This document shows positions 22,901 through 36,511 of a stretch of DNA of 64,000 nucleotides, piece after piece. The DNA comes from Raillietiella orientalis. Taxonomy: Eukaryota. A model generated the notes under the pieces. The model was not told the DNA's origin and searched no databases. It worked only from the letters and a program-made list of their open reading frames with translations. The stretch is taken from positions 1,488,001-1,552,000 of the forward strand of contig JAYWIR010000001.1 of NCBI GenBank assembly GCA_036172245.1. The letters are read 5' to 3'. Positions within the stretch are counted from its first letter, which is position 1; each line of letters begins with the position of its first letter. A program made the position numbers and the translations under genes.

Positions 22901-24995
22901 AATGTGGAAATCCAAGCTGGACCAGCTCATCCCGAATTCGCGGGCCCTTTGGCCCACAAGAGTAGATTTTCGAATCGAACGCCGGCTCATTTGGGTTCAA
23001 CCAAAAAGTCCTGCTGACTGCGACCTCTCTGTCCCGGCCAGCATTCAAGGGAGACCACCTTTAATCCAATCCGCGAAAGCCGCGATGTCCCGTTTCACGT
23101 GGGCGTGGTGTGGCGGATCACGGATTCCGGCAGTCGAGAACGGTGGGCGGTCGAACCTTTCGTGTCCACTCGACTCGCCATGGACCGTCGGTGCGCTCTC
23201 AAAGAGTCCTCCGATGCTCACGTGAGCCAAGCATCCCAATCTGAGTTTATAAGCGAGAGGGACACTTGACTTGTTACTACTAGTTGCTAGGGATAGTGGG
23301 CGCTCGAACCAGGTTGGATGAATAGCAACGTACCCTGAGCGAATATGTAATGTAGAGGTGGTAACGGTCAGTCGGCAGTAATCGGTTAATGTCAGCTCAG
23401 GGAACACTTGCCTATGTAAGGAATGCACCCATGATGATTAGCATCCAGTCTTAACGGACAGTTGGCACTTGATGATCGCTACCGGACGAGAAGGTCCAAA
23501 AAACGAGGAGAGTCTCGGTTAATTGAAGCTCATGGAAGGAAATCTTCGCTGCTAACTAGGAAAACACCTGCTTTTTTGGAAGCCAAGCATGTGTTACCTG
23601 CCCACATACGTCTGTGCACTCTTCTGTTCAAGAAAAAAAAAAATGAAATTTATCGGATTGTGTTGCTGCTGCTAATGCGTTCGATCTCACGCCGAGTTTG
23701 TTGTTTTTTCCGCTCTCTTTGTGCTTCAGCGAAATCCGCAAACGAAGTTCCAACGACCTGGATTTAAACATTTGTCAATTCCATTATATTCGTCTAATTC
23801 TAGTGTTTTCGATACATATTTTTTTTTTTAAAAAAAAAAAAGAAAAAAACGCCCGGAATCTCACTGTGGTCATGGCAAGCCTGCTTGCTATATTTGTTGT
23901 CTCGAAAAGGCTTGCGAGAGAATCCAAGTAGTTCAAGGCCAGGATTCACGTAAGTTGCACGGGCTATCGGAAAAGGCTTCGACGAAGCAGGAAAAAATCG
24001 TTCATGCCGTGGCAAATATTTGTTCGAATATTCGTCGAAGGATGCTAATCTACTGAAGACACGATTTCTGTTCCTGCAAGAAATCTCATAGGGTGGAATA
24101 TCATACCAATATTCTTTTAGCTACGTAATGCGATTTTTATGTACAACCCCCCCCCCCCCCCCCCCAAAAAAAAAAAAAAAAAACGAAATGATAAAAAAAA
24201 ATCGAATCGCCAAGACCTAAGTGTTTTCCTTGGAACAGTGATTGGAACAGATTTCCTCGGAACATTACATCTGAGAACGAATCACCACAGGAACGACGGA
24301 TTGGTGCGAGGCTTTCTCCGAATAAAAGCTGGATCGCTCACTCTGCATCGTGAGATTCCAAAAGCATACATAGCAGGTGACAGAGATGTCATGACAACGT
24401 CAGCATGGTTCCGTGGGTGGCCAGAGGCGCAACTTTTCGTCTGAGCTGACGACTTTCCACGGTCGCATTCCGTAATTTCATAGATGTAAGGATCAAGATG
24501 GCTACTTTCACTATCCCTGCTGCCATAAACCGAAAATATGGGTCCCGAAAGATGATCAGCCAAGGACTTTTTGCATCGAAGCTCTATTTAGGAGAAAGGC
24601 TGTTTGTTCATACGCACAAGTGGAACTGGAATCATCTCCGAGCTTTTCCTGCTTACGGAATCAATTAGCTGACCTGGCGTGTCACCGTACTCATGACTTG
24701 CAGCCTGACAGCGCAGCAACCGGATAATTTGCAACTGCATCAGGAAGAGAATGTCCAAAAGTTACTCCGGAACTCCAGGGAAAAGGAACCGACTTTCTTT
24801 TCTGAGCCATTTCGTGCTCGGTCATCTGTGCTAGGTCACCGAAATGTTTGATCGGTATGCAGTGTTTCTTGGAGAACGCTTTCAATAACGACTTCCACAA
24901 CAACCTAATAACACAAGTGGAACGAGCATGAGGTCCTTGGCAAGCACGATCCGGTCCTTACACAAGTCCAGGATGATAACCCCTTGCTACTAAAG

Positions 24996-25362
24996 TAGAT
25001 GCCGCCACGCAACGGCTTAGGGAGGAACAGCCTCCAGACCACGCACTACATTGTGATTGAGCTTCAAATCCTCAAAGACAGCTTCGATGACCGCATCTGC
25101 ATGCCTCGTGGGGCCACAGTCAAGTGAACAATATCCAGCAAGGCCGCCCACTGCTCTTCCTGTATATTCGATAGCCTCCTCCTCTTCTGAGAACTTTCTG
25201 AGCCTTCCTCCACGCTGGCTTGTACTGCAGATCAGAGCTTGGGCTGACCAACAGCACTTCAGATCTCCTCTCCTCCAGAGGCACATGTGCAATTCCGGCA
25301 ACCATAAGAGCAGCTCCCACTATTCCCAGAACCCTGGAAATGACTTGCAGCCACAACAATAA
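24996..25362 (-). pseudogene. Decayed partial duplicate of HADHA exon 7 plus part of the upstream intron
   Basis: Aligns to 29000-29367 ([24 protein letters not shown] vs [24 protein letters not shown]). Frameshifted, and includes intron/acceptor sequence. Confidence 0.9.
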
Positions 25363-28034
25363 ACCTTCCCCCAATTTCCTTCCTACTACATAATCCTATT
25401 GCTCCTTTCGGATCTAATGAAGTGCATGGATGTGAGGTGACATGCAAACACGGGAATAAGTGAGCATGACACGAAGAGAAGAATGGTCTTCCTCCGTGCA
25501 ATTAACGCAATCGATTGCAAATCAGTGGAAGATTACAGAAAAATGTCCCCTCCCCCCACATTATCTTATAAAGAGTCTTAAGACTACAAAATCTGTCTTT
25601 TACAGACGATCTCCGGAGAATCCTTATACATATATATATGTATGTGCATACACATACATACACGCGTATGCATGTGAGCGCACCTGTACACATGCATACG
25701 TTGCTACTCCCGGTATACGCATAAAAATAGGTATAACCAGCTGAAGATTGGGAAAATCAGGAAAGCCTGAACTCGACCGAGGCACCTGAGCTAAAAATTT
25801 CATGGTCAAGTTCAGTGCAACGGAAATGCCAGGTCAATCAGAGTGCTCGCCCAAGTGAATGTGCATAGTTCGGCAAAAGTTCCTATGCGAAAAAAGGAAA
25901 ATTTCCTTTTTTCTGTTTCTGTCATGAGGCCCACTTCCGACACTTTTCTTCTCGAATTTGGACCGGCATTGCAAGGACATGGATGGAAGGCTTCATCAAC
26001 GTGAACATGAGAGCGGGCGGGGTTTAAAGTTTAAAGCGGGCCACACGACAGGACATAAAGGAATGGGCCGAAAGAGTGAATTTTGCTTAGAGACCGTTCA
26101 CGCAAATCCTGGCACGACGTCTTTAAAAGTTGACCCCAAGGCGGGCTTCTTTCTCAGGAAAATCCGGAATTCTTGAAAACAGATCCCAAGGGCGTGTCAA
26201 GCGAAGGACATGATAAACAGGAAGGAACGCTCCTGAAGGAACATTCCTCGAGAACCCGTCACTTGAATCACCTCTTGTTAAGGTAAACGCAGGAGCATGC
26301 CGCAACCCAAAAGTGCATCTCCTGCCAGGTGAGGAGAATCTTCAGCTAAGAGGCAGGGAATCGCCCAACGATGACAATCCAGACCAAACCTTCTTCCGAC
26401 CGTGCCTTTTCAAAACCCTCGCATGCAAAAAAAAACCCTCTACACAAAGACAAACTCCCAACACGCGGATTTCTGGTGACAGACGCTGAACTGCTTTTGC
26501 CGAGTACATTCGGTTGTCCACTTAAGATCAAACGCCTGCACTCAAGGTACAACCACTCAGTTGACGTTCCTTCTGGACGGCGAACTAGGCAGCGTGAAGA
26601 TATGTTCCGCCACCTCTTTCCTTGTTCTTTTTGGCAGTTGTTGCCCGGAAAGTGCTGCACAGTGCTTTGGGGGAGGGGGGGGTCCCGCACCTCCGATCGA
26701 CCTCGATTTGCCGATGGGCGCTCTTCGCCAACGCTGCAACTCTTCGACTCGTAGTCCCTGGCTGGAGTCTTTTTCTCAGCAGATGTTGAGACTCCTTTTA
26801 GGATGTAGAACCAACCGCTTCTGCTATCCCCATCGGCCTTCCCTTTCCACCTTGTTGCTGCTGCATCCTGCTTTTCATTCCTAAATGCTCCCGTTTCACT
26901 GTAACTCATTTTCTCTTCTACGTACGTGTACGTTCGCTCGTGCTTTTGCCTAGGTACACACACAGGTACGGCGGCACACTGGCCTTATGCGTGAACATGC
27001 AAAAGTATATACAACGTTTATACAAGGGAAACAGCTACCCCGTGTGAGAAGACCAAGTGGATGTAACAGAAATTGGGCAAGAAAACGCATTTCGTACCGT
27101 ACACATTTCGTACCCTTACGTCATAATTCATTCGGATCAATCGAAATGGCACGTTCAAACTGTGATTACCATTACCCCTTGCAAAAACCCTAATCAGATC
27201 ACGAGTGGCTGCATCAACCCTGTGGGCTGTCACGCGGACTCTGAAAGCTGACCATGTGGCACAAGTGGCGCGTTGTGATGACGCGCCCACGTCCCTCCTG
27301 GTTCCCATGGCAATGGAAACGAGTGGCGGTCATTGCGTGATCGCATGTGGCAGTTCCTGATACGACGCTTAAGAAAGCAAAACAAACTCTGACGATGGAA
27401 AAGTATTCAAAAAACGAAAAAAAAAAAAAAGAAAAAAAAAAAAAAAAAAAAAAAAACGCACCTCTAGCCAAATCCAATCCCCTAGCAACTGAACGGCAGT
27501 TACTTGCGATCTGCTCCCAATCTGTTACTTGCCGTTACAATAACATGGTGCACACAGAAATCAGCACACTTCTGAATAAACGTACTAGAAAAGGTAGGTT
27601 TTTCATGATATCCTGAAGAAAGCAATTCGTAAAGGCATAACGGGGATACACGAATACTGTTTTGTAATCAGCTGCTTTCTTTATGAAACTCAACGTTTTA
27701 CAATTAAATCGGGCTTTTTCTCAGAAATCTTTCAAAAATTCACCCTTTTCCCCTCAAAAATTTTGAAAGGTATTGGTGTCACCTCTGAAAATGGAAATCA
27801 GGCTATACAGATTAAGTGCTGAACTCCGATGTGCATTACGTTTAATGCAAAACAGTAATGCAATACTAAATTGCATCAATCCTTGGATTAATAACTTTGA
27901 CTATATTCTCAACAACTGACACATTTCAGCTCCTCGAAGGATATTTACCAATTATTTGCTTGTATATCTTTGCTTCTATGTTTGTTTGAAAGAGTAGCTT
28001 ATTATCATTACTCAAGATTTATATTTTCTATTTT

Positions 28035-31000
28035 TCATGTGGTATAAAATTTTTTTTGTGACTTTGAATGATCAAGCAACAGTTGGCATGGACTGAACTG
28101 CAACCCATATTCTTCTTCATATACTTTCATATGTGTCAACAGTTTATCAATCCCATACTGGTCAACAAAATGGAATGGGCCTCCAGAAAAGGGTGGGAAA
28201 CCTAACCCAAACACAGCACCTACATCACCTGCCAGCTGCCAAATGTGGAAGTAATGAAATCAAAGACATAAATAAATGCTCACTAACCGGAGAGGATATG
28301 ATTCCTTCTTGCAAACAAAGTACTGCTTCATTTATAAACCTGGAAAGTATTCTCATCTTAATATTTTCATCAGAGAGAGGAACACGTGTGACTAATGCAT
28401 AACGTGCAAACAAATTCAAAGCTTCGACATTAACAGCTCTATCCTTGCTACCATCATAAATGAAAATTCCTGCTCCAGATTTACGCCCTAAGGAAATTAG
28501 TACTTAGGAATGTCCTTAGCTCCAGCATTTGCTCATACCTTTGAAACCATGGCTAACCATGTCATTTAACAAATCCACATTTCCTCCTGTTATCCGTTCA
28601 CCAAAAGAGGATTTCATGAAAGTGGCAATGTGCATTCCCACATCCAGTCCTACTTCATCTGCTAAGGTTGCAGATCCAACAGGGAACCCAGAATCTTTAG
28701 TGATTTGGTCTAACTTTTTAGGATCCACTCCTTCTTGCAACAACCGGATGACTTCTCCAATAACAGGCATCAATACCCTTGTTGTGTAAAAACCTGGTGA
28801 GTCTTTTACAGTAATAACGATTTTCCCCTGTTTCAATCCAACATCCACTGCAGCAGCAGCAGTCTCAGGGCTGGTAGAATCAGTAGTGATCACTTCAAGC
28901 AACTGCATTTTTTCCACTGGTGAAAAATAATGCATGCCAACCAGTTGTTCAGGACGAAGACTAGCTTTAGCAATAGATCCTATGGGCAGAGCACTTGTAT
29001 TTGATGCCACCACACAATGCTTAGGAATAACAGCCTCCAATTCACGCAATACATTGTGCTTGAGCTTCAAATCCTCAAAGACAGCTTCAATGACCATATC
29101 TGCATTCTTCATACAGCCATAGTCAAGCGAACAATCCAGCAAGGCCATCTTCTGTTCCTTCTGTAAATTTGATATCCTTTTCTTCTTCTGAGAACTTTCT
29201 AGGCCTTTCTCCACATGCCTCCTACCACGGATCAGAGCTTGCTGATCAACATCTTTCAAAAACACTTCAAAACCATTCTCCAGAGAGACATGCGCAATTC
29301 CAGCTCCCATAAGACCAGCTCCTACTACTCCCAGAGCCCTGGAAATAACTTCCAGCTACAACAATAATCTCAATGTCCTCACTTGACAGGATGAGCTGGA
29401 GCACCAAACTTATTTCTTTTAAATTCTGTTTGTCCTCGAAACAGATTTGTCAATCCATGGCATTCTGGACTAACTACCAGTTGCCCAAAAAGAGATGACT
29501 CCAATGGATAACTCTGCTGCTCCCCTTTCTCCAGTATGCAGTGCACCAGTTCTAGAATCTGTGTTGCATAAAAATAATTAGAGCTCATGCAAAACACGTA
29601 CCTTCAGAGGAGCAGGATAAAGACCTCTAGTTTGCTTCATGATTTGTTGCTTGACTTTTCCCAGCATCTGATTGCGAACAAAATCGAACTTTAAACCAAA
29701 CTGAATTAAAGTATCTGTCAATGGGGTTTTCCTCTGGGGTACCAGATGGCCTTGTGCCAAATCATGAGCTACTTTAATTGCTAATTCTTCTAAGTATTCA
29801 CAGGTTCTTAAACAACTGTCAAATAACAACTTCAATAATCAACAAGCATACCTTTCTTTGGCAGGTTTTAGACCTGGTCCTAAAGGAAGAATTACTTGAT
29901 CTACAACATTTAATTTTTTAGCTTGATCTGCAGTCAATGATCTGCCTGTCAATGCCAAATCAATAGCTGAGAACAAGGGGGTGTGCCTCATCAGTCGCTG
30001 AATGCCACCACCCCCTGGCAGCAAACCTAACTGGACTTCTGGGAGACCCAAAGTTGTATGTTGGTCCTTTACAGCCAGCCGATAATGGCAAGCCAAGGCC
30101 ATCTGCAAGCAAAATCTGGTGCTATCCATGCAGTTGAAAGCCCAAATCAATAGACTGATTACCTCCAAACCTCCTCCCTTACAAGAACCTTGGATAGCAG
30201 CTACAAATGGTTTACTGCTGTTCTCCAACATATTTAGACGTTCCTTAAATTCAGCAGAAAGATACTCTCCATCTTGTGCTGTTTTACACTTGGCCAGCAT
30301 TTTGATGTCAGCACCCGCAATAAAATTTCCTGGCTTAGATGATACAATGACTCCTGCAGCAAGACTACCATTACTGATGATAGACTGAATAGCTTCTTGC
30401 AGTTCCTGAATCATACCTTCATCAAAAACATTGACCTGCAAGAGAAAAACGCTTCTTTAGACATTAATGGCATTTTTTCTGTTAATTCAGCATTCACGGA
30501 ATCCATCAAAAGAAAATAGAACACCCAATCTAAAAAAAAGGAATCTTGGGCAATGATGCAAAATGCATTGCACTTTCTGAAATACCAATCATTTATGCAT
30601 CATGCATCCTATATGCATATGGAAAAATTCACTAGCTTTGCATTTAGATCTGTATGCATACATGTCCAGACTGAACTCTAAACACAATTTGTAAATTGCT
30701 CATTATATAAAGCAAAGTTCTAAGAAACAATTACATATAATCAAAGCAATAAGTATCAAGTATATCATGAAAATTTTTTTTCAGGATATAATTGATTCTA
30801 CATAAAATAAAACGCAACTCATGGATAAAATGAAAATATCTTTCGTTACTTTTTGCTATTTCATATTTTGCAAACTAAGGATTGAATAAATGATACTTGT
30901 ATAGTGGAGAGACAACACATCATTCTCATCATATTAAATTGTACTAAGAAAATGCAGGTATTTGCTTTATTTCTCTGCTGACAATTATATTCTGTGCTCT

Positions 31001-32838
31001 CTTAGGTTTGCATGAAAACAAAAGCAGAAGTCTTTATTTTGATATCTTATACATACTTTATTTGATATCTCAATTTTTCCATCCTGCTTCATTATTGTAG
31101 AATTAATGAAGATTTTCAGAACACATCTATGATTTCAGTTTAGAGTATCATAGCCTTATTTAGCTTTAGCATTTTTATTACTCATGCAAATGACTGACTC
31201 CATGCTTTTTCAGTTCCAGTTTACTTGTGCATTAAAATTTTCAAATTCTTTAAAGAGCCTTTAAAGAGGCAAAGTTTAAAATGCAAATTATGAAAAGTCC
31301 TTTCATTTTACACAATATTGAATGAAAATGATTAATAATAATGTAAAGTGAAGAAACTGACCCACATATCTAAATGCCATTTGTAGCTGAATAAAATGCT
31401 TCTAGAAATGGAACACTTTCTTGCTCCTTTTGCATGGTCAAATTGTCATGCTACCAATCAGAAATAAGACTTCTCAACAAACCAACAACTGGTATAGTTA
31501 AATAACTCATTTTGAAATTCTCACTAGTTTGCACACTTCATGCTTAGCAATTAGTCCTACAAATTTTTCCAGTTGTACTGATCATTTCCACCACATCAAT
31601 CATTCACTGATTGGCAACCTAAAATACTATGCTTCCTAATTCATTCTTCACCCACAATCTTAATTCAAATATATGACATGAGAGCAAAGTCCTGGAGTTA
31701 CACATACTTATACAAACTGTTAAATGCCTGTTCACTTTTGGCACACTGCATAAAAATTCTAATTTCCACTCAGTATTATCTGGCTACTTACAAACCACAG
31801 ACACTCATATATACAGAAACATTTTCAAGTTTGTTTGCTGCCTATAAACTTTAACATTTCGACAGTTATAACTCTCTATTATCTACTCTAATAAAAAAAA
31901 AAAGCATCCTATCTGCTTCGTGATTACTTCAAACTTACTAAATACCGATCTCACTATATAGCAGATTTACATTCTTCATAAAATTCGTCTTTCACCACAC
32001 CAGCTTTAATCACAGCAAGTTTATGAAAAATAATGAAATCATACAAATGAGAGATCTAAATTCATCTAGCGGAACCAGATATTTAAAAAATTCTTTAAAT
32101 CATGATATTTCCCACCTGTGAAATGGCCAGGTGATTTCCACATGAATTGAAATGTTTTTTTGTCTTTGAATAGCAACTAAACAGCAGAAATCAGTTATAA
32201 CAATGATAGATTTCAAAACATCCATAATTATATACAATCTCTGCAAAATGTCTATAACGTACCTTTGCAAAGAGGGCATACATTTTTACCTGATCGACAG
32301 CAAAATGTGCTACAATAAAAAATGTTACTTTTCAAGGGTGAAAACCTTGAATAAGCTTAGTACATGTCCCTGGTCTAGTTTACATTAAGTTGGGAATTAC
32401 ATCTACTTATAAACGTGATTTTCAGTAGACAGTAACAACAATTATTAACTTAATAACATCCTGACATGGATTACAAATGAAAGAATTCGATTTTCACATA
32501 CCTTGGAATTTGGTGCATCCAGCCGTATAATGCCAATATCACCTTCGATTACCAATTTTGCATAAGTGCCCAAGAATCTCTTTTTAGTTCTATGAGGTGA
32601 AATGGGACACACTACAAAGGAAAATACACGTTTTAGCTCAAGCCATTTAGGCATAATTTTACGAAAATGCGGCGGTAACAGCGGCAAAAATTGCTCCATT
32701 TGTAAAATAAATCTGTCGAAAGTGTGAATGTACACAATATGCATTCAGGCACGTATTTCGGTGCATGCATGTGTGCCATCTTCGCTTACCTCGTGCCACA
32801 TTAAAGCGTGACCGATATTTGGAAAGAACTCGCAGCAT
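28035..32838 (-). CDS. HADHA: Mitochondrial trifunctional enzyme subunit alpha (enoyl-CoA hydratase / 3-hydroxyacyl-CoA dehydrogenase)
   Basis: Exons 32838-32790, 32611-32502, 30435-30163, 30102-29852, 29806-29602, 29558-29383, 29338-28539, 28487-28288 and 28235-28035 join in frame with GT-AG boundaries (2265 nt, 754 aa). Motifs [58 protein letters not shown]. Basic N-terminal presequence. The 5' exon structure is least certain. Confidence 0.95.
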
Positions 32839-33161
32839 CTTTTCACCAACCAAAGGAAAACTGCTCTTTTATCACGAAGTGTTAAAGATAAGTGGCAAAT
32901 GTCTGGGTAACAACTATCCCTACAAAGCCATCTCTAACGAGCAGAACACCAGGCACTGGATTCCGCTTTGCGAACGGCAACCGAATTCCACACGACCACG
33001 AAGTTTATTACCACATGCTTTTGTGGGCACAGAGAGGATTTCCCGAACACCGAATTCTTAAAGGTAGCACGTCGGAACAGTTTCCGTGTTTTATGCGTGC
33101 AAATTGAAAAGGAAAAATAATTCCTGGAGAATGCAGGTTAACAGCGAAATCCACTGGTTTC

Positions 33162-33596
33162 ATGTACTTGTCTGTGGTGTTTTTCTTTCTTTTTTTTTTT
33201 TCTTCCCCTGTGATATCCTTTCGACGACACTACGCATGGACATTTCGAGTGGAACACGCGGATATTGATCGTAGGGAACGATTGGACTTACTCCGATGTA
33301 TCAGTAAACCAAATTAGGATGCAAGGACCATTCGACTCCATTCACTTGATATGCATTAGTAAGTAAATAACTATTCTTCTTTTAGAAATTGTCATGTTCA
33401 ACAAACTGCCCCCACTGTGTTCGACTTTGTGTTTGTTTTCTCGTAGATGCAGTTTTATTTTTGTACGTTTTTGAGTTGAATGGACTAATATACAATCCCA
33501 TAGCACTTGTAAGTAATATGAGGTTTTTATGTTCATTTGCAAAATGAAATCATTAGGACGTTGAAGAGGAGGCAGCCGATCCTTCTAGTCGTTCAG
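33162..33596 (+). CDS. Tentative 5' exons of the LAMP-family gene (signal peptide MYLSVVFFFLFFFSSPVIS; small exon DVEEEAADPSSRS at 33557-33596)
   Basis: Hydrophobic signal-like start. Exon 33557-33596 has AG/GTAAAT boundaries and ends in phase 1, matching the exon at 36512. The splice between the two pieces could not be resolved. Confidence 0.3.
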
Positions 33597-34594
33597 GTAA
33601 ATATGTACAAGATGATCAAAGTTGAAAATTTTCCTATTTATGCATGATAGATCTTTACGATACACTGATCTGATTAAGATGCTTTCATATGCTTGAATAA
33701 GATATTAACCTCAATGGGATAGAATGATTCAATTATTTTCAAAAGTGCAAAAGTAAGAATACTCGGAGTTTTGAATTGTCTGTTTATTCCGGAGTATCTT
33801 TTTATTCATCACTTGGATATGTATTGAATAAAATTAATGCATGAATATTGCATGCAAAGATTATTACCGTTAGATGTATCGTTTCTAAAAAATTGGTTCG
33901 TATTTACCGAAGCAATCATTAGAGTAGCTTGAAGTATGCAAAACTAAAAATAATTACCATACACTTAAATGCAATCTTCATACACAAGCATGTCTTAATA
34001 TATCATGCTCATTATTTCTTAGTGGCATATGCATACATATAAGATGAATTTATTAATTAGGTGAAATGGAAAATTGAAGGTGTAAAACTCGGAGACTGAA
34101 TTTTATGGGAATTTAGTTATAGGAATTTACCTATTTTCTTTTTCTAAATGCAATTAGAATTTACAGTATGTGCTTCGTCTCTGAAAGCCTTTTTTTTTTT
34201 TTTATTCGAAGTGCTTATTGCTGTCTCTATAAAATAATATTATCAGTGTGTTGTTTGTACATTTTAATAAAGATTTATTCAAGTAATGTCCCAGATATTT
34301 TGTAGGCAAATGTGTGCATGTGCTCTGAAAACGCATCGTTCCTTGCAAATGTTTTTTCTCTGTAAAAATTACTGCATCTCCCGAGGAAATAATAGAGAAT
34401 TTGCTAATCCGATGCTTCTTTCAGAGTATAATTTGCATGCTTAGTAGATGCTTTTTAAGATTCAAAGTAGGGTCCACTTGGTTTTTGAAAAAATTTCATG
34501 GAGTGTACTCCGATACAACAAAAATGTAATAAACTCAGAACCGTGAATCTTATGGACAAATCATAAAGTATCACAAAGTGCAAAATAAATCACA

Positions 34595-34597
<3 letters not shown>

Positions 34598-34627
<30 letters not shown>
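34598..34627. repeat. (AT)n microsatellite
   Basis: About 15 AT units. Confidence 0.9.
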
Positions 34628-34630
<3 letters not shown>

Positions 34631-36511
34631 TCTGCATTTTGGTCTCACTTTACTGCTTTGCCTAAGTCGATTTCAATTAAGAGCTTCCAAGTTGATTCAG
34701 CAGTCCGGGAAGGCTGCAGATCACCTGCAGAGGAATCAGTGAGGTCATTAATCGAATCCTTGCAAATGAGTTGTTCAGTTTGTTGCTGTTCCCTCGAATT
34801 GTGGTAACGAGCGAAAGGTTCAAACAGAGAAGGAAAAATGATTTTCATGCTTTTGCCCGATCCTGTTTTCATTTTACCTATACCTGTACATTGCACAATA
34901 TATTGAAAGTGAAGCGAAAACGAAAGTGAATGAAATGAATGGGCATCTGTTCGATGAAGACTTTACGCCGGGGATCACTTGATCCTTGCTTGGGAATACT
35001 CTCAAGCGTCATCATTAAAGCGGGTTTTTGACTTGTATTTAAGGGGTGCTGTTTGCTTCAGAGGTAGCGATAAAGTCCTTCCTTCGATAGTGATATTCGA
35101 ATTTCGTTGCCTAAGTAAAAAAGTACATTTATTTTCGTCATGTTACTAAGAACTTCCCCATTTTCCCTCCTACGGTTTGCAATGCATTCGAAGAAAAGGT
35201 CCGAACAAAGATGTATAAGATACAGATAAGTGTTTTGTTATTATCGCCACTTATTTATTCTAACATGTATTTACACCTTTGAGTGTCATTAATCTCAGAA
35301 TTTTACGCCTCCAAATTGTTACATTCGACGTGAGCTTGTGTTCTTATTCTTTTCGATGTCCATTTATGCCGGTGTTTTGGTCTCTGTGAGGACCCTCGAC
35401 TTTCTTTATTGCTACTGCATGGGGACACTCGGATTGCTCGGCATACATCTAATTGGAAAGGCTGTAATTATTTAACTCGCGATGATGGTATGTAACTCTG
35501 CATGGTATGGCAGGAAACCTTTTTTGTTAAAAAAATGCGGTCTCTGAATAATCATTTTGTTTATATGCTATTAATCATGTTAACCAGAAGAACATATTCG
35601 CAGGAAAGAGTGCCCATGAACAAACATAAAATGTGCAAATTGTTCGTTTTTCAATCTGATGGCCAATTGATGTAGAGTGTGCATGATCCGGATAGATGTA
35701 ACCCTTTTTGTAATTATCCCTCCTCTGTATCACGGCTGTAACCCTCTTGAAGTCGGAAGCTTTGAGGAACCGTCTCCTCAGCGACTCAGTTGCGTGTGAA
35801 CCACGTGAGATTCCCTCCGCTGCAACTTTTGCTTGGAAACGTGGCCTTTCCCAAACGATGTCCACGTCCCCATTTTCCGGGATCGCTTCCTCTTTCAACA
35901 CCCGATGTTCGTCTAATGCAAAAACCCGAGATCACCCTCTTACGTCAGTGACACCTCTCTAAATTAGTGGTGACCCGAGCTCATCAACGCACAAATCTTG
36001 CAGTGGTCCACGTTCATGTCTGAATGCCTGCATGAACTCCAAAGTACTATCGTCAGTTGTTTTCCGGAGAAGTTCAGTTTATTGACTTACAAATCTTTGC
36101 AATTCTTACATCCGTATGCCAGTTACCACGTGCCATGGGTTTTTCAGGTGCGTTGCACTCTCGGCAAAGTTGCTGCTTTTGTTCGGACGTAATCTAAGAA
36201 TCGTAAGAACAAATTACTTGACGACCATAAACGGACGTTTCTTGTTCATGCAGAGCAGTGCATCTCAGATGTTTTGATACCACGGTTACCCACATGTTCA
36301 GCTCTTCGTATCTAATACCGAGTTGCCGACGTTCAGTCGAAAAGCATCTTTATTGCTTCTTCTGGTCTCCTCTTTTCTATTCTGTTTTCCTTTTCTCTTG
36401 TCTCAGAAGAGAGATGTTCAAGGATGCAATTGTTTTGTTTTTTTGTTCTTTTTTCAAATCGTTCTTGTTATAGTGATGTCATGCATCCCAACCAAATGTT
36501 TTGTTTCCAAG

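Noticed and set aside
35690..35900. Possible Tc1/mariner transposase C-terminus (DIVWE..AKV..RVTAVIQ)
   Set aside because: Only loose resemblance; no catalytic motif or TIRs found.
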